The translations under genes were made by a program, and so were the position numbers. A DNA stretch of 61,545 bases, the filler included, from Sphacelaria rigidula (Eukaryota): assembly GCA_964200075.2 (NCBI GenBank). It is 7 parts of 7 records of this genome, joined end to end, with 100 filler letters (N's around TTAATTAATTAA, not from the genome) between each part and the next. Parts side by side here need not be neighbours in the genome. Positions count along the whole stretch, not along the records: positions 52,841 to 61,545 come from CAXNAA020010321.1; 6 more parts are not named here. One strand, written 5' to 3'. Positions 60,301 through 61,545 of this stretch are shown here, one piece after another. The notes beneath the pieces were generated by a model, which saw nothing but the letters and a program-made list of their open reading frames with translations, was not told the origin of the DNA and made no database searches. How positions within the stretch are numbered: the first letter of the stretch is position 1; every line of letters begins with the position of its first letter.

Positions 60301-61400
60301 TAAAAAATCCAACCATCGTTGTACACGCGGGTTGTGTTCGCCAACCTTGGCGAGTTATGCGAGTGCTTCATGATTCGTACAAATCTCAAAGGGTACGTGA
60401 AACAGATGTTGTCGAAGGCGCTTAATGGCCCAGGTGATTACTCCCCCTTCCAGTTCTAGCGGGCTCCAGTTGGCCTCCTTGGGCAGGGTGGCGCGGCTGA
60501 TATAGAGGATGGGTCGGAGGGAGCCATCAACCTGAGGTTGATTTAAAACTCCTCCAAATCCGTTTGGGCTGGCGTCAGTGTGGAGTTGGAAAACGCGAGA
60601 GCCATCTTGTACTGCCTCCTAATTAGGAAAGCAAAGTGCCGGCTTTTCGGTAAGCGTCTTTAGCAATTCGCGGGTGATATTCTTCATATCCGTTGTGAAG
60701 GTAAACACGGCTTCTTTCTCGAGTAACGCAGTAAGGGGGCGAATCCGTTTAGATAAATTCGGCAAAAAATTGCGGTAGTAGGAGAGTCCGCCCAACAATG
60801 AGCGAAGTTGAGAAATATTAGTTGGCATCAGCAAGTCAGTCATCGCCTTGACTTTGTTTGTATCCGGATGTATTCCTGCTGGCGAAATGGATTGTCCCAG
60901 CAAATCCAAGTCAGTCGCACCAAGGCGAGCTTTGGATGAGGACAGCTTCGAATCGTGTATGCGTAGGCGAGAGAGAAGTTCTCTTAGAGTGCGGATATGT
61001 GCGATAGGTAAGGCATCGAAAGCGATAGAGTCGTCTAGGTACATGATGATGTGCTCGAGGCCCTAGGTAACGCGTTACATTAACCGTTGAAAGCACCCCG
61101 GGGCAGTTGCAGCGCCTTGTGGCATTCGAAGCCACTCGTAGAGTCCGGACGAGGTACAAAAGGCCGTTAGTGGGACTGTGTCCGGGTGAATAGCATTCTG
61201 GAAAAACTCAGAAGCGGGGTCGAAGGTGCTGAACATTTTTCGTTCGCCTAAGAAGTCGAAGACTTCAATGCGGGGAATTGGAAGTTTACCGTCCACAGTG
61301 ACGCAATTAAACCGTTGGTAATCCACGGCCATGCGTATGTTTCCATCCTTTTTTGGAACGACCACAAGTGGCGAGGCCCAAGGAGAGGGGGAATGTTGTA
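57377..61400 (-). pseudogene. Ty3/Gypsy pol (RT - RNase H - integrase - chromo-like/C-terminal extension), degenerate
   Basis: RT: SPWASPLVVVPKKDGNIRMAVDYQ, TAFCT..GLYEWLRMPQG, YLDD. RNase H: LHTDASPNGFGGVL, ELE, RVQRW. Integrase: CH...HLG...YWW..CFKC, LLSDNGQQF, SAYHPNGN..TER, WTGPFKI. Many stops and frameshifts. Confidence 0.95.
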
Positions 61401-61404
61401 TTAA

Positions 61405-61511
61405 GAGTCATCCTACGATAGGGTGTACTCATGATGCATACCATAGTCATCAGACCATTGACCTCGCATAGGGGGGGGGGGTATTTGGTTGCACGAAAAA
61501 CGAGGCTCATG
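61405..61511 (-). mobile_element. GAG-TIR MITE end (Sola-like) inserted in Gypsy RT, itself carrying a 45-bp insertion
   Basis: ttaa|gagtcatcctacgataggg[tgtactc...ctcgca]tagggggg...tatttggttgcacgaaaaa. Confidence 0.8.
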
Positions 61512-61545
61512 ATTGTGGGAGAAGTAGTGCGACGGTTAGGGAAAG

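Overview
Eukaryotic, repeat-rich DNA, most likely from a brown alga (Phaeophyceae). That assignment is inferred from the FNIP-repeat style, the Ty3/Gypsy and Ty1/Copia remnants, and sparse GT-AG exons. The window is not one locus. It is seven unlinked contigs of 8707, 8707, 8707, 8707, 8706, 8706 and 8705 bp, joined by an artificial 100-nt N44-TTAATTAATTAA-N44 linker, apparently sorted by length. Two tandem-repeat protein genes stand out, both on the minus strand and both now disrupted. (1) A 22-aa FNIP/LRR-type array (about 4180-6905) whose roughly 25 near-identical units vary mainly at one di-residue. (2) An array of about 34 copies of a 159-bp/53-aa unit (about 20242-26256) that I cannot assign to a known family. 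Its substitutions are synonymous-biased in one minus-strand frame, and each unit carries a DNA hairpin. The rest is transposon debris: two chromodomain-type Gypsy elements with LTRs, a Copia fragment, a pogo-type HTH remnant, several MITE families with TIRs/TSDs, a tRNA-derived SINE, foldbacks and satellites. A few isolated host-gene exons are also present.
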